This document shows, one piece after another, positions 53,388 to 64,000 of a stretch of DNA of 64,000 nucleotides. This DNA is from Octopus sinensis. Taxonomy: Eukaryota. The first letter of the stretch is position 1; the number at the start of each line of letters is the position of its first letter. The notes beneath the pieces were generated by a model, which saw only the letters and a list, made by a program, of their open reading frames with translations, was not told the DNA's origin and did no database searches. The DNA lies in assembly GCF_006345805.1 (NCBI RefSeq), contig NC_043000.1, forward strand, positions 59,520,001-59,584,000, given 5' to 3'. The translations under genes and the position numbers were made by a program.

Positions 53388-53964
53388 ATGATAAAAAAAG
53401 TGAAAATAAAAACAAAGATATTGAGGCACTATTCCAACCCCTATCATATGACATGTGTTGAGTTATCCAGTCACAAAGTGTGTACTTTAGAGTCCATTTT
53501 CAGTGATAATATTTATGAGAAAGATCAAAACTGAGTAGGTAATATTTTTAGCATGAAAGCTCTGGATGTCTGGTTGGAGAAGAAAATAGCGACAACCAAG
53601 GATGAGGAGAGGGAGAGAAAAATACCTGCTTAATAGCTCTGAAATAAGTTTGTCTAACATCATTTGATGTACTATAAACAGTCCAAGGGAGAGATTAAGT
53701 TCTGAGAATAAGAATTATGAGTATAGTTAAATTGTAGAGATCTTCAAGTGTTCTTTGTAAAACAAAGGGTTCTGTGTCGTGTTGAGAAGAAGGTGATGAG
53801 CTGGTAGCAGATTATGATTATAATAAATAAAATCAAATATATGTTGCTGAGAAATATGGAACAAAATATCTAACAGCCAATCTAAGAATAGAAATGGGTA
53901 ATACCAAAAGTAAATAAAGAGAGCCAATTTTGCAGAAACATTTATCCAAATAATGAATAATGGC

Positions 53965-54150
53965 ACACGTGTGACTGTGTGGTAAGAAGCATGCTTTTCA
54001 ACCATATGGTTCCTGGTTCAGTCCCACTGTGTGGTACCTTGGGTAAGTGTCTTCTACAATAGCCACAAGCTGACTAAAGCCTTGCAAGTGGATATGGTAG
54101 ACGAAAACTGAAAGAAGCCCATCATATATGTATATACGTGTGTGTGTCCT
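53965..54150 (+). mobile_element. SINE family 1, 5' half
   Basis: gtgactgtgtggtaagaagc...gaaaactgaaagaagcccatcatatatg. Confidence 0.8.
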
Positions 54151-54864
54151 TTTAGTTTTCTATGATCATAAGTTTTTGTTTAACTAGCACTCTTATATCA
54201 CTGGATACTGGATGTTTGAGTCCACTTGCTCCACATTCATGGCAGTACCGACATCTATTAATTCTCACTCACTAATTCTAAATTTAAATATAGTTAAGAG
54301 GTATAGGGACCATTATTTTTCATCAAAATATAAAGGCACTGCAAATGAGAGATGTCAACCAGTCCATCCAGTTTTCTGATAGTCTGAACAGATAGGGATT
54401 CATTTAGTGACAACCTGTCCTCCCACTGTTATGAAAGAGATTTCAATTGTTAGTGTAAGATATGCTCCAGAGAAATGTTTGTCTAGTAGTAGACAGGGGC
54501 TAAACTGGCTCACTAGTCTGTCATGTATTTGTCAACTACACTCACTCACTCACACACACACACACTACTTCACACCATTTTAAGCTTCTCTTTTCATTTG
54601 CTTTAGATGCTCCTTTCTTTGACATGACAACACCAAGAGATACAATATTTATATTTAATATACTTCATAATTGATAGTGACTGGTAACATTATAAACTGG
54701 GTGGTCCTTATTAAAACAGTTAAGCTCTCAAGGAGATTTATGGTCTGAATTTGCATCCATTTAAAACATCTTTGATTATAGACAATTCGAGCATGTACTT
54801 AGACAACAGAATGAACTATTAATGTTTAGAGTTTACTACAGCTGTTAATATTGTATACAATAAT

Positions 54865-55066
54865 TGTTATATCACACGTTCGGATGGCGTGCCTTCGCCA
54901 ATAACGTACCTCTACTCAACTACCGAACTCTCACTTCTGCTGACTCGATGTCTAGTCTACCTACGGCTCTGGCTCACTCTATGCGATGCTTCCCATCTAG
55001 CTATCACATCCACTATTTATATGTATTGGACTAGCCTACTTATTGAGTGGGGGCATCCACACAACA
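54865..55066 (-). mobile_element. Solo LTR (202 bp), BEL/Pao- or Gypsy-type
   Basis: Termini TGTT...AACA flanked by the 5-bp direct repeat ataat (54860-64, 55067-71). CpG-rich interior, with tataaata on the minus strand. Confidence 0.75.
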
Positions 55067-55452
55067 ATAATAAAATAGTAAATGCTTTAATTAGTATTTC
55101 CTTTTCTTTTTACTTTGTTGAATCATACAATTTTAAATCATAAGCATAATTAACATCATAGAATATTGTAACAGGGATACTGGTGTGGTTAGCCCTTTAG
55201 CATTCAGATATAAGATCCATTTATTCTCATTGTTCTGAATTAATCTTGCAATAACTCATACCTTTCAGATTTTAATGATTTTAGAATGACATTGTCCAAT
55301 ATGATCATTTTCTCTTAAGATGGTAAAATGTGATTTGAAGATTTGGCCACTATTTCTAGCAACTGGAGTGACCATGTAAAATCTCCTTCAATGAATGTTT
55401 TTACTTATTTGAACTGAGTTTCTCAGTACCAGTGGTATACATGTGAAGGTGA

Positions 55453-55560
55453 AGGCATATGGCTTAGTGGTTAGGGGTATTTGGCTCACAACTGGAAGGT
55501 TGTGAGTTTGATTCCTGGAAGTGCATTGTGTCTTTGAGCAAGACACTTCTATTTCTCATT
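55453..55560 (+). mobile_element. SINE family 3, tRNA-like head
   Basis: A-box tggcttagtgg, B-box gtgagtttgattcc, then ttgagcaagacactt. Confidence 0.7.
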
Positions 55561-55849
55561 ATTTACATTTGACGGGTTTATTTGTCCTCATCTTGTTTGT
55601 CGTTAACACAATGTTTTGGCTTATATACCCTCCAGCCTTCATCAAGTGTCTTGGGGAAATTTCAAACCTTGGTTCTCATTTCTAAGATATTTTTCAATGT
55701 CATTATTATCATTATTATTATTATTATTCAAGTTACTGCTTGGAATCGAACTCAGAATCTTGAGGTTAGTAGCCCACGCTCTTAACTACTAAGCCATTTT
55801 AGGGCTTATAAATCTAATATTTTCCTATCCTTCCTTAATACTGGTTCCC

Positions 55850-56395
55850 ATATGCTACTCATATCTGCTTAGGAGGTTGTTGTGTCCTAGTATATGTGCT
55901 TTTAGTTTTCATATTTTCCAGTGGTGTTCTCTGCTTATTATTTTAACTTCATCCTACAGGGGGAGGTGGTCTCCATTTTTTCATACATGATCAGCTATAC
56001 CCGATTTATCAATATCTTCTCGTGTCACAGCTTTGTGATGTTTGTATAACCTACCACAGCTGCATGGGATGGAGTACATGCAGTCTTTGATCATATTGTC
56101 TTCTGTTGGTGGTTTTACTCAAAGGAGATATTTGTGAAGAGTTGTATAACTCTTGAATACAGTCTTGATGTCATGTGGGTCACATATCTTTTGTATCTTT
56201 TGGGAGAGGCCTTTCACATAAGGTAGACAGAATGTGGACAGTTTATTGGTTTCATCCTCTCTTTTCTTTATAACTGGAGTGGATAGTATGTCTTTGGGGT
56301 AGTTGTTGCTTAATAGATTGTTATTGAGCTTGATCATTTCTTCATGGTGTGTATCATGATCGCTACTTATATTCTTTGCTTGATGTTTTAGGCAC
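55850..56395 (-). mobile_element. Penelope-like element 3' fragment (RT C-terminal linker and GIY-YIG endonuclease), degenerate
   Basis: CLKHQAKNISSD...LLSNNYPKDI...LPYVKGLSQKIQKIC...DCMYSIPCSCGRLY...HKAV...KSGIADHV...DEVKII..EHHWK, with stops and a deletion in the YIG region. Confidence 0.85.
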
Positions 56396-56537
56396 TTGCC
56401 AACATAACATGGCAGTCTTGGTTTAATTTAGCCCCAGGAGACAGATCGTGTCATATAGCCAGCTGGAGACGATGTCTCCTAGGGCTAAATTATAGCAACA
56501 TTCATCCTAAACCAGGACTGCCATGTTATGTTGGCAA
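56396..56537. repeat. Fold-back inverted repeat
   Basis: ttgccaacataacatggcagtcttggttta pairs with taaaccaggactgccatgttatgttggcaa; aatttagccccaggagaca pairs with tgtctcctagggctaaatt. ~29-nt loop and a ~16-nt bulge. Confidence 0.85.
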
Positions 56538-56785
56538 ATAATCTTTACTCTGATATTGGGTTTGTTTTGTGTTTTGTTGTCAAACAGGAAGCCATATGGG
56601 ATTAAAGTCCAATGTGTAACATTAAACACTTTGGCTGGTTGTGACTGAAGTGGAATGACAGTGCTGGTAAGAGATATTAATGAGATAATAGAGGTGGGTG
56701 GTAATGATTAGATCCAATGTCACAGCAGAATTTTCTACAAGCTGTGTGTGTGTGAGAGAGAGGCGGGGAGAAAGGAGAGAGAGAG

Positions 56786-56819
<34 letters not shown>

Positions 56820-58167
56820 ATGTAATGATGGAAATTTTTTACCAGTGAGGATCTCCACATATTATTCAAAGTCAAAGATCTTTGGATATTTTCGAAGTAA
56901 ACACTTTGTTCAGAAAAAATCTTGCTTATTTGATTCATGCAGGAAGTAACAAAATATATAATGAATAACACACCAAAAATACAATAGTATTTATCAATGT
57001 AAAACTGTAATAATGAATGCAAGTAATTTATGCACATGCATAAAATAAAGATTTCCATACGGTTATCATCCAACAATCCAGCTACCATGATAGAAGGAAT
57101 TTACCATTTACGCATTTTCTGACTCACAATGATAAAGATCAAGATAATACTGTTTAGATAATTCAGGCAAAAATTATTAGAAGATGCTATGGATAAGAAT
57201 GTTTTTAGAGTGACATAAATAAGAAGAGTCGACTAAATGAAGTTGTCTGTCCCTGAATATTTTCTCCAAAGAATACTAGATATTTTGTATAAATTATCGA
57301 AAGCAATTTCAGCTAATTTCTTACAAATTTAAAACAACACATAAACCATAATGAAATAATGACTATCTAAATTATTATAAAATCTAACGTATATGTTTCT
57401 TTGCAGCTTTTCATAAAAATTAAAAACTATAATTCATCAGCATGACAATCAGATAATACCAAATTTAGGACAAACGCTTGAAATTATATTAATATGATCA
57501 GTAAAATTAAATGTTAAACTGAGCCAAACAGATCTTCTATTGTGCCTGTAAGCACAATCAACAATGATTGATGATATTTAGTTGCTTTTAAAGCAGCTGA
57601 TTTTTGACAGAAAACTGGATCTGCTATCAGCATGCTTCTTATTTCAAAAAATATATTGTTTCTGGGTGTAGCTAGAATCTGTTCTCGTATTGCAGATCAG
57701 AGGAGACACACAAGACTGGTTTCCTCATTACTCATTTTAAGAGCAGGCATGAAGTAAAGTGAACTAGAGGGGAAAGGTATAATAAAAGAGTAAAGGCCAA
57801 ACCTTTCTAGTAAAGCCAAGCCTTTCTCCATAAGCATTAACAACATAAGTGAAATAAAATAGCTACAAAGGAAATTAAAACTAGATTGCAGACATGGTTT
57901 CTTGAAAGCTGACTTCTATCCAGGCAAAGTGCTACATTCTAGAATATACACACTGTCATAAATTTAAATAATAGAGTTTTAAAAAATAGCAACAGGCAAA
58001 TTAATTATGACGAGGTTTTTAAGAATATGAATCATTTGGTGCAACAGAGTTATAAAAAATGAAATGAAAATAAGCACAACAGTAACAATAAGTTAAGCAA
58101 CTCCATGCTATTAGTAATCAAAATTCTCATTTTCTACAAAACATTTGCTACACCTACTTTATTTTTT

Positions 58168-58480
58168 ATAAATCTATTGCTCTTTACTCTTTTATTTGTT
58201 TCAGTCATCTGACTGTGGCCATGCTGGCCAGGACTTATTCTTTTTAAGCCTAGTACTTATTCTATCAGTCTCTTTTGCCAAACTGCTAAGTTACGGGGAT
58301 GTAAACACACCAGCATCGGTTGTCAAGTAATGTTGGAGGGACAAATACACAAACACACACACACACACATATATATATATGACGAGCTTCTTTCAGTTTC
58401 CGTCTACTAAATCCACTCACAAGGCTTTGAGCAGCCCGAGGCTATAGTAGAAGACACTTACCACACAGCTGCTCCTATGC
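58168..58480 (-). mobile_element. SINE family 1 with internal deletions
   Basis: Tail, body and head present, two segments missing. Confidence 0.8.
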
Positions 58481-59554
58481 CTATTGTAAACTATTTCTAA
58501 ACTGTTAGTTATTTAAACTTCAATATAATAAAACAGAGTAATTATTTTTCTTTTCTTTCATATGGTTACAGAAAATACAAATCTTTTTGTTGAAAATATT
58601 AAAATCATTAATACAAAAAACAAATCTGTTCCTAGTATAAGTAATAAAATAATTATTTATGTTATAGGGGTATAAAAAGAAAAACAAATTAAGTCATACA
58701 ACATACAAAAAACTATAAGATCTATTCAGTCAAAGTATAGGGTGTTAGATTGTGCATGTATATTTCATATTCTTGATATTATGCCTCAAAGTCATTTTAT
58801 GTGATGTAAAAGAATCTATCTGATAAGACTCAAAAAAGAAATTATACTAACATGCAGAGATTGAATTTTCTAGTGATAGGGTACAATGTCAAACTAATTT
58901 TTCGGCAAATACCCATTAAGACAGAGTAAGAGCAAACCCATTCTGTATTCAGAGATTGGCTATGCTGACTTTACAAAGAACAAATAAAACTGACATGCAA
59001 TAAGAGTGTGAGAGTTATTTTTTTTTCTCTTGCTTATTATTCTTATTGAAATGAAAGCAAAGAACTTAATGGAGAAGATAGGCTGATACATTAGCATATA
59101 TTATTTAGTGAAATTGTATACTTTACTTTATCATCAAGTACCTGTATATAGAAAACAATACTAGTATTAATGCAACTGTGGGGCTGTCAAAATGACTCAG
59201 AAAAATATTTAGAATAGATTCAAATATAAGACAATTTCCACTAGATGAAATAGAAGCTTAAAAAGAAGAAATGAAAAAAAGAAATACTTAACTTTGTAGT
59301 ACATAAATATACAAATGAAATGTATCATGGTAGGACCATAATGACCATTTAAAATATATCCGTGATGTTATATTTATTTTCCCTCTAAATTCTTACATAT
59401 TTACACAAACACACATCACAGATATATATACACATACATACATACACACACACATCACAAATATATATACACATACATACATACACACACACACACATAC
59501 ATACCTACATAAATACATATACACACACACACACACGCGCGCACACATGTATGA

Positions 59555-59740
59555 AGTCATGTGATTTAGTGGTTAGGATTTTCTGCTGATGATCATAAGG
59601 TTGTGAGTTCAATTCCTAACAGTGCATTGTGTCCCTGAGCAGGACACTTTATTTTTCATTACTCTAGTCTACTCAGCAGTATCTGTAATTCAGAGGGTCA
59701 GCCTTATCGCATTCTGTGTCGAGCTGAATTTCCCTGAGAA
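59555..59740 (+). mobile_element. SINE family 3
   Basis: gtgatttagtggttagg...gtgagttcaattcc...ctgagcaggacactt. Confidence 0.65.
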
Positions 59741-59882
59741 TTCCTGATCTATATTCATCCAGTAGCAAGAGCATTTCCACTGTATGATGACATTAGGTAA
59801 CCAATAACTGTGGATGGGCTTTGCATAGCATTCTACAAGGTTTTTACTTGAATCTTATTAACTATATATATATATATATATA

Positions 59883-60140
59883 GTTAATCCAAACAAGAAA
59901 ACACAGAAAAAACACAGCAACGCGAGGACGTGGAACAATTAAAGTATTATTTGACGCTCAGGAAAGAAGGGAAGGAGGGTTTATATATATATGCACACAT
60001 ATATATACATATAAAGTTAATCCAAACATGAAAGCACAAAAAAATACAACAACGCGAGGACGTGGAACAAATATAGTATTATTGGACGCTCAGGAAAGAA
60101 GGAGGGTTTAACGTTTCTAGTGGAGCTCTTCATCGGAAAC
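59883..60140 (-). mobile_element. Two tandem copies of a short repeat (59883-59982, 60016-60140), probably Penelope-like pseudo-LTR ends
   Basis: Both start gttaatccaaac and share caacgcgaggacgtggaacaa...gacgctcaggaaagaagg. The second copy carries a hammerhead-like core. Confidence 0.65.
60106..60140 (-). ncRNA. Minimal type-I hammerhead ribozyme-like motif (degenerate)
   Basis: Minus strand: GTTT-CCGATGA-AGAGCTCCACTA-GAAA-CGT-T-AAAC. Stem I GTTT/AAAC, palindromic ACGT stem III, core CCGATGA instead of CTGATGA. Confidence 0.5.
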
Positions 60141-60154
60141 ACAACGGTACACAC

Positions 60155-60407
60155 CGGGCTGCATGTTGTGTTCTTGAGCAAGACACTTTATTTCACGTTG
60201 CTCCAGTTCACTCAGCTGTAGAAATGAGTTGCGACATCACAGGTGCCAAGTTGTATTGGCCTTTGGATAACACTGGTGGCGTGCAGAGGGGAGGCCGGTA
60301 TGCATGGGCAACTGCTGGTCTTCCATAAACAACCTTGTCCGGACTTGTGCCTGGGAGGGTAACTTTCTAGGTGCAATCCCATAGTCAGTCATGACCTAAG
60401 GGGGTCA
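60155..60407 (+). mobile_element. SINE family 3 body
   Basis: ttgtgttcttgagcaagacactttatttcacgttgctccagttcactcagctgtagaaatgag... Confidence 0.65.
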
Positions 60408-60670
60408 TGTATTGATATTAATTGATATTGATTGTTAGAAATTCACAAAAGTCACTCAAGGGCTGAGAGTCTCATGCATGCTATTTATCTAACTTCAAAA
60501 CCAAGAATTTATTCATTGTATAATACAAATTACAATTTTTTCTTTCCCTGGGATGTTTGATAAAAATTATTATTATTATTGGAGAGTAACATGATAAACA
60601 TTTAATTTCAGAATGTGCCTGTTAAGCGAAGGACACGGATAAAAGAAAATTAGAATAACTGAAATGTAAA

Positions 60671-61045
60671 GGCATGGCTGTGTGGTAAGAAGCTTGCTTC
60701 CCAACCACATGGTACCTGGTTTGGTCCTACAGCATGGCATCTTGGGCAAGTGCCTTCTTGTGAGTGGATTTGGTAGATGGAAACTGAAAGAAGCCCATCG
60801 TATATATATATATATATGCATATATCTATGTGTGTGTCTTTGTGTTCATGTTTGTCCCCCTCTTCACGCTTGACAACTGGTGTTGGTGTGTCTATGTCTC
60901 AGTAACTTAGTGGTTCGGCAAAAGAGACCGATAGAATAAGTACCAGGTTTTAAAAAAATGCAAGTTCTGGGGTCAATTTGTTTGATTAAAAAATCCTTCA
61001 AGGCAGTGCTCCAGCAGTCAAATGACCAAACAAGAATAAAAGAAT
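60671..61045 (+). mobile_element. SINE family 1
   Basis: From ggcatggctgtgtggtaagaagcttgc to cagtcaaatgaccaaacaagaataaaagaata. Confidence 0.85.
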
Positions 61046-62274
61046 ACATATAAAAATGCACATATATGTATTGAAAATACATGTAGACATATATCTGAAT
61101 GATATATACACATACATTGACGTGTATATACACTCAGAAACAAAATGGGGGAAGAACACACATATAATTATGTATCTACACTGCACACTTTATATGTTCA
61201 TAAACATGAACATCATACATATGTATTGTATTGGTAGAAATTCAAGTACATATAAATACATACATAAACATAAAGAAATCACTTACTTTGCTGAAACAAC
61301 AGTGGCCATGTAATAAAATATGAATAAATCCGTTTATATAGAACCTTATGCTCAAGATCGAGTTCTTTCATAATTGCAGACTAACGTGGTTACCAGGTTG
61401 AAATATTATACACACAAAGTTATTTGACTTTTACATATACAAACTAGCTGCTACTTTTCCACTTTCCTGTACCATAAATGCAGGGATGAAGAATGCCTGT
61501 GACCAGTGAATTAGACACCATGAAGTCGAGAATAGAATACCAGGATATAAAGATATGACAAACAACTTAGGTATATACAACATATATACACACACACATA
61601 TACACCATTCAAAATTTAAACAACAAAAGTGAATAGATCAGAGTATGTGTAGTTTAAATGGCTGATATGACTCTACCATAATGTAACAATTTTTTTTAAA
61701 GTTCCTACACCCTCCCATCTCACATCAAACCATTTACTGAACAATTATAACAAAGGAATATACAAGCAATTCTAATATTACCCTGGTTTGGGTTTCATAT
61801 TAGCAAAAAGCTTTTCAGTTAGTTCAAATCAAATTTTGTAAAAATAATGATTCATGTCCAGAAAATCGGGGGTGTTTTTTCTCCCTTTTTCATGTGTTAA
61901 TTTACAGAGCTTTAGTATTTATACATAAGCTTAAAAAGTTTCAAAGGATATAATGTCTGATGGATTGTTTGATAAATTCCATCATTGCCATATTTTGCTT
62001 TATGCTCATTTTTATGCTGGCATTGGTTAGATAGGAATATTATATTTTTTGAGAAGGTTTGATCCTGCACAGCAGAATTTATGAGCTTGTGGATGAAATT
62101 TTATGGTTGACTTTTATGGGTGCATGCCTTTTCTATAACTGACTGCTGTAATAGAGGAAACTGCATGATATATCATATCATATCATATATTGTATTAGTT
62201 ACTTTCCAGACTTCTCTTCTCCCCCTCCCCTTCTCTCTCTCTCTCTCTCAATAAATATATATATATATATATAT

Positions 62275-62400
62275 ATACTTTATCAATAAAGCTGCAAAGA
62301 CATCACAAAAACTATTACTCAGAGTTTCACGTCCCCATTCGTTGGGCGGTTATTCAAGTACTATTCTTCTTCACTTTGTTTCACATTTATGTGCTTACTC
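62275..62400 (-). mobile_element. Short repeat between microsatellites with a second hammerhead-like motif (62311-62347)
   Basis: Minus strand: CCAACGA-ATGGGGACGT-GAAA-CTCTGAGT-A. Stem II atg/cgt, near-palindromic stem III ACTC-T-GAGT, degenerate core. Confidence 0.4.
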
Positions 62401-62402
62401 TG

Positions 62403-62482
<80 letters not shown>

Positions 62483-62548
62483 AAGGGAGAGGGAGAGAGG
62501 TTTTTATGGCATGAATAAACAAATTAATATGACATAATAGCTTAATTA

Positions 62549-63680
62549 CAAGGTACATCTGTTATTCTACTTCTTTTTTTTTACCATACAGACATCAGGT
62601 TGACCCAGCAAATGAAAAGGCATGCTGTGATAGTTGCTTTAAAAGTGCATCATAGTGATGCAGAGATAGCTTGTTTCCTAGTTCTTTGCTGTCAAAATTC
62701 AAAAGGGGCTGGAAGTTGCTGACAGGGATCCAACAAATAGTAATATGCAGGGTCCTAATGCCATCAGAGGAGCACATAACTTTGTACAAAAAGTAAAAGA
62801 AATAGTAATAATAATAATAATAACTCCAGAAAGTCAATCAGAGTTACTACAAAAGGACTTCAAGGTTTCAGAAATCACCATCAAAAGAGTTGTGAATGAG
62901 GACATCCAGTACAAGTCAAATGTGATGCAAAGGGGTTTATGCTAGATGTGACAAGAGAGAATCATTTGATTTGTGCAAAGTGCTTGGTGAACAATTTAAA
63001 ACACTAAGAGGCCAGAAAACTTCTATCAGGATCAAAAAGTAAACTGAAAGAATGACAGATGGTCATACAAAGACCTAAATGAGGTTCCAATGATCATGCA
63101 TACTAAGTTCCCAGCAACTATGATAGTTCTGAGAGTCATCAGCATTGCAGGAGATGTCATTCTTCCTCACCTTTTTTCATAGGTGTTGGAGAAAGTTGTG
63201 AGGCCCTGGATACTCAGAATATGCAACAGAAAACTGTACATCTTTTAACAAGAATCTGCCATCTATTAAGGCTTAGGACAACCAAAGTATGGATGTGTGC
63301 CAATCTCCTTGACCATGTTTTTCTAGACTCATAGCCTCCTAGTTCACCATACCTCAATCCACTGGACTATTATGTATGGAGTGTCATCAACAGAGAGGTC
63401 AACCAACACCCCCATAACACCATACAATCTCTCAAGTGCACCATAACCAACACTATGTCCAAAATTGATAAAAATCATCTTATTCAGGCATGTCTTTGCA
63501 GCTTCCAACCCCATACTGAAGCAGTCATTGATGGTGGATTCATTACATATGTATGATGAAAATATTCTGTAGGTTGTACTAATTTGTTTTTCAAATACAG
63601 CATTTCTTGGATGAGCTATGCGTTTTTACTAAATTTATACAAATGACTTCAAAAACAAAAAAATAAAAGGATGTACTCTG
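62549..63680 (+). mobile_element. maT / DD37D-type Tc1-mariner element, heavily degenerate
   Basis: MKRHAVIVALK...SEITIKRVVNEDIQYKS...KFPATMIVL...PPSSPYLNPLDYYVWSVI..EVNQHPHNT. Weak TIR match tacaaggtacatct / tacagagtacatcc with TA ends. Confidence 0.75.
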
Positions 63681-64000
63681 TATTCATACTTTTAGTTTTG
63701 ACCTAGTTTTATGACAAAATTTGTGTAATTTCCATAGAAAGAAGCTGAAGTTTCCAGAAAAAGCATCCTGCTTGGTAACTTTTTTAATTAGATTTGCAAT
63801 AAGCATGTAAAAGAATATGAAATTATGTATGTTAACAGAAAGAGGGAATTCTTGAAATAAAAAGAAAAAAATCAATAATCCTGTTTCAGTGATATTCATT
63901 CGTTAGAGTTTATATTTTTAATTGTTTGTCATAAATATTCTGACTGACCAATCAGTTAGTAACATAATTTTGCTACAGCTAATATGGATTTCTTACTTGT

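Noticed and set aside
55453-55520. tRNA genes
   Set aside because: The A/B boxes belong to SINE heads followed by SINE body; there is no complete cloverleaf.
61270-61305. 4-nt microexon or first exon MATVVSAK on the minus strand (cag-caaa-gtaagt)
   Set aside because: Isolated signal with no CpG island and no partner exon.

Overview
AT-rich (roughly 30-35% GC), microsatellite- and transposon-dense animal genomic DNA. The SINE, MITE and LINE families look like those of Octopus-type coleoid cephalopods; this is inference from recalled repeat families, not a database search. Most of the window is CpG-depleted intron-like or intergenic sequence, with one CpG-retaining promoter-like island at ~11.7-15.2 kb. 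Host coding signal is sparse: one convincing minus-strand exon (1559-1697, containing RSHSMP), a few candidate upstream exons, and a plus-strand 18-nt microexon candidate. I cannot name the gene. Nearly all ORF-track entries are microsatellite artefacts. Well-supported mobile DNA: a near full-length, unusually GC-rich Tc1 (DD34E) element with TIRs and TA TSD; a deleted mariner; a maT/DD37D-type remnant; piggyBac-like TTAA MITEs, one carrying a nested TA-flanked MITE; RTE and Penelope fragments; a Hero/NeSL-type restriction-like-endonuclease retrotransposon; a solo LTR with a 5-bp TSD; and at least three SINE families. There is no CRISPR array, operon or rRNA/tRNA gene, and no clear evidence of a wholly new system. 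The best leads are (i) Penelope-type minimal hammerhead ribozyme motifs, with a neighbouring repeat copy that ends exactly at the predicted cleavage site, (ii) an RLE retrotransposon apparently flanked by a ~60-bp target-site duplication, and (iii) the compositionally foreign Tc1 element.
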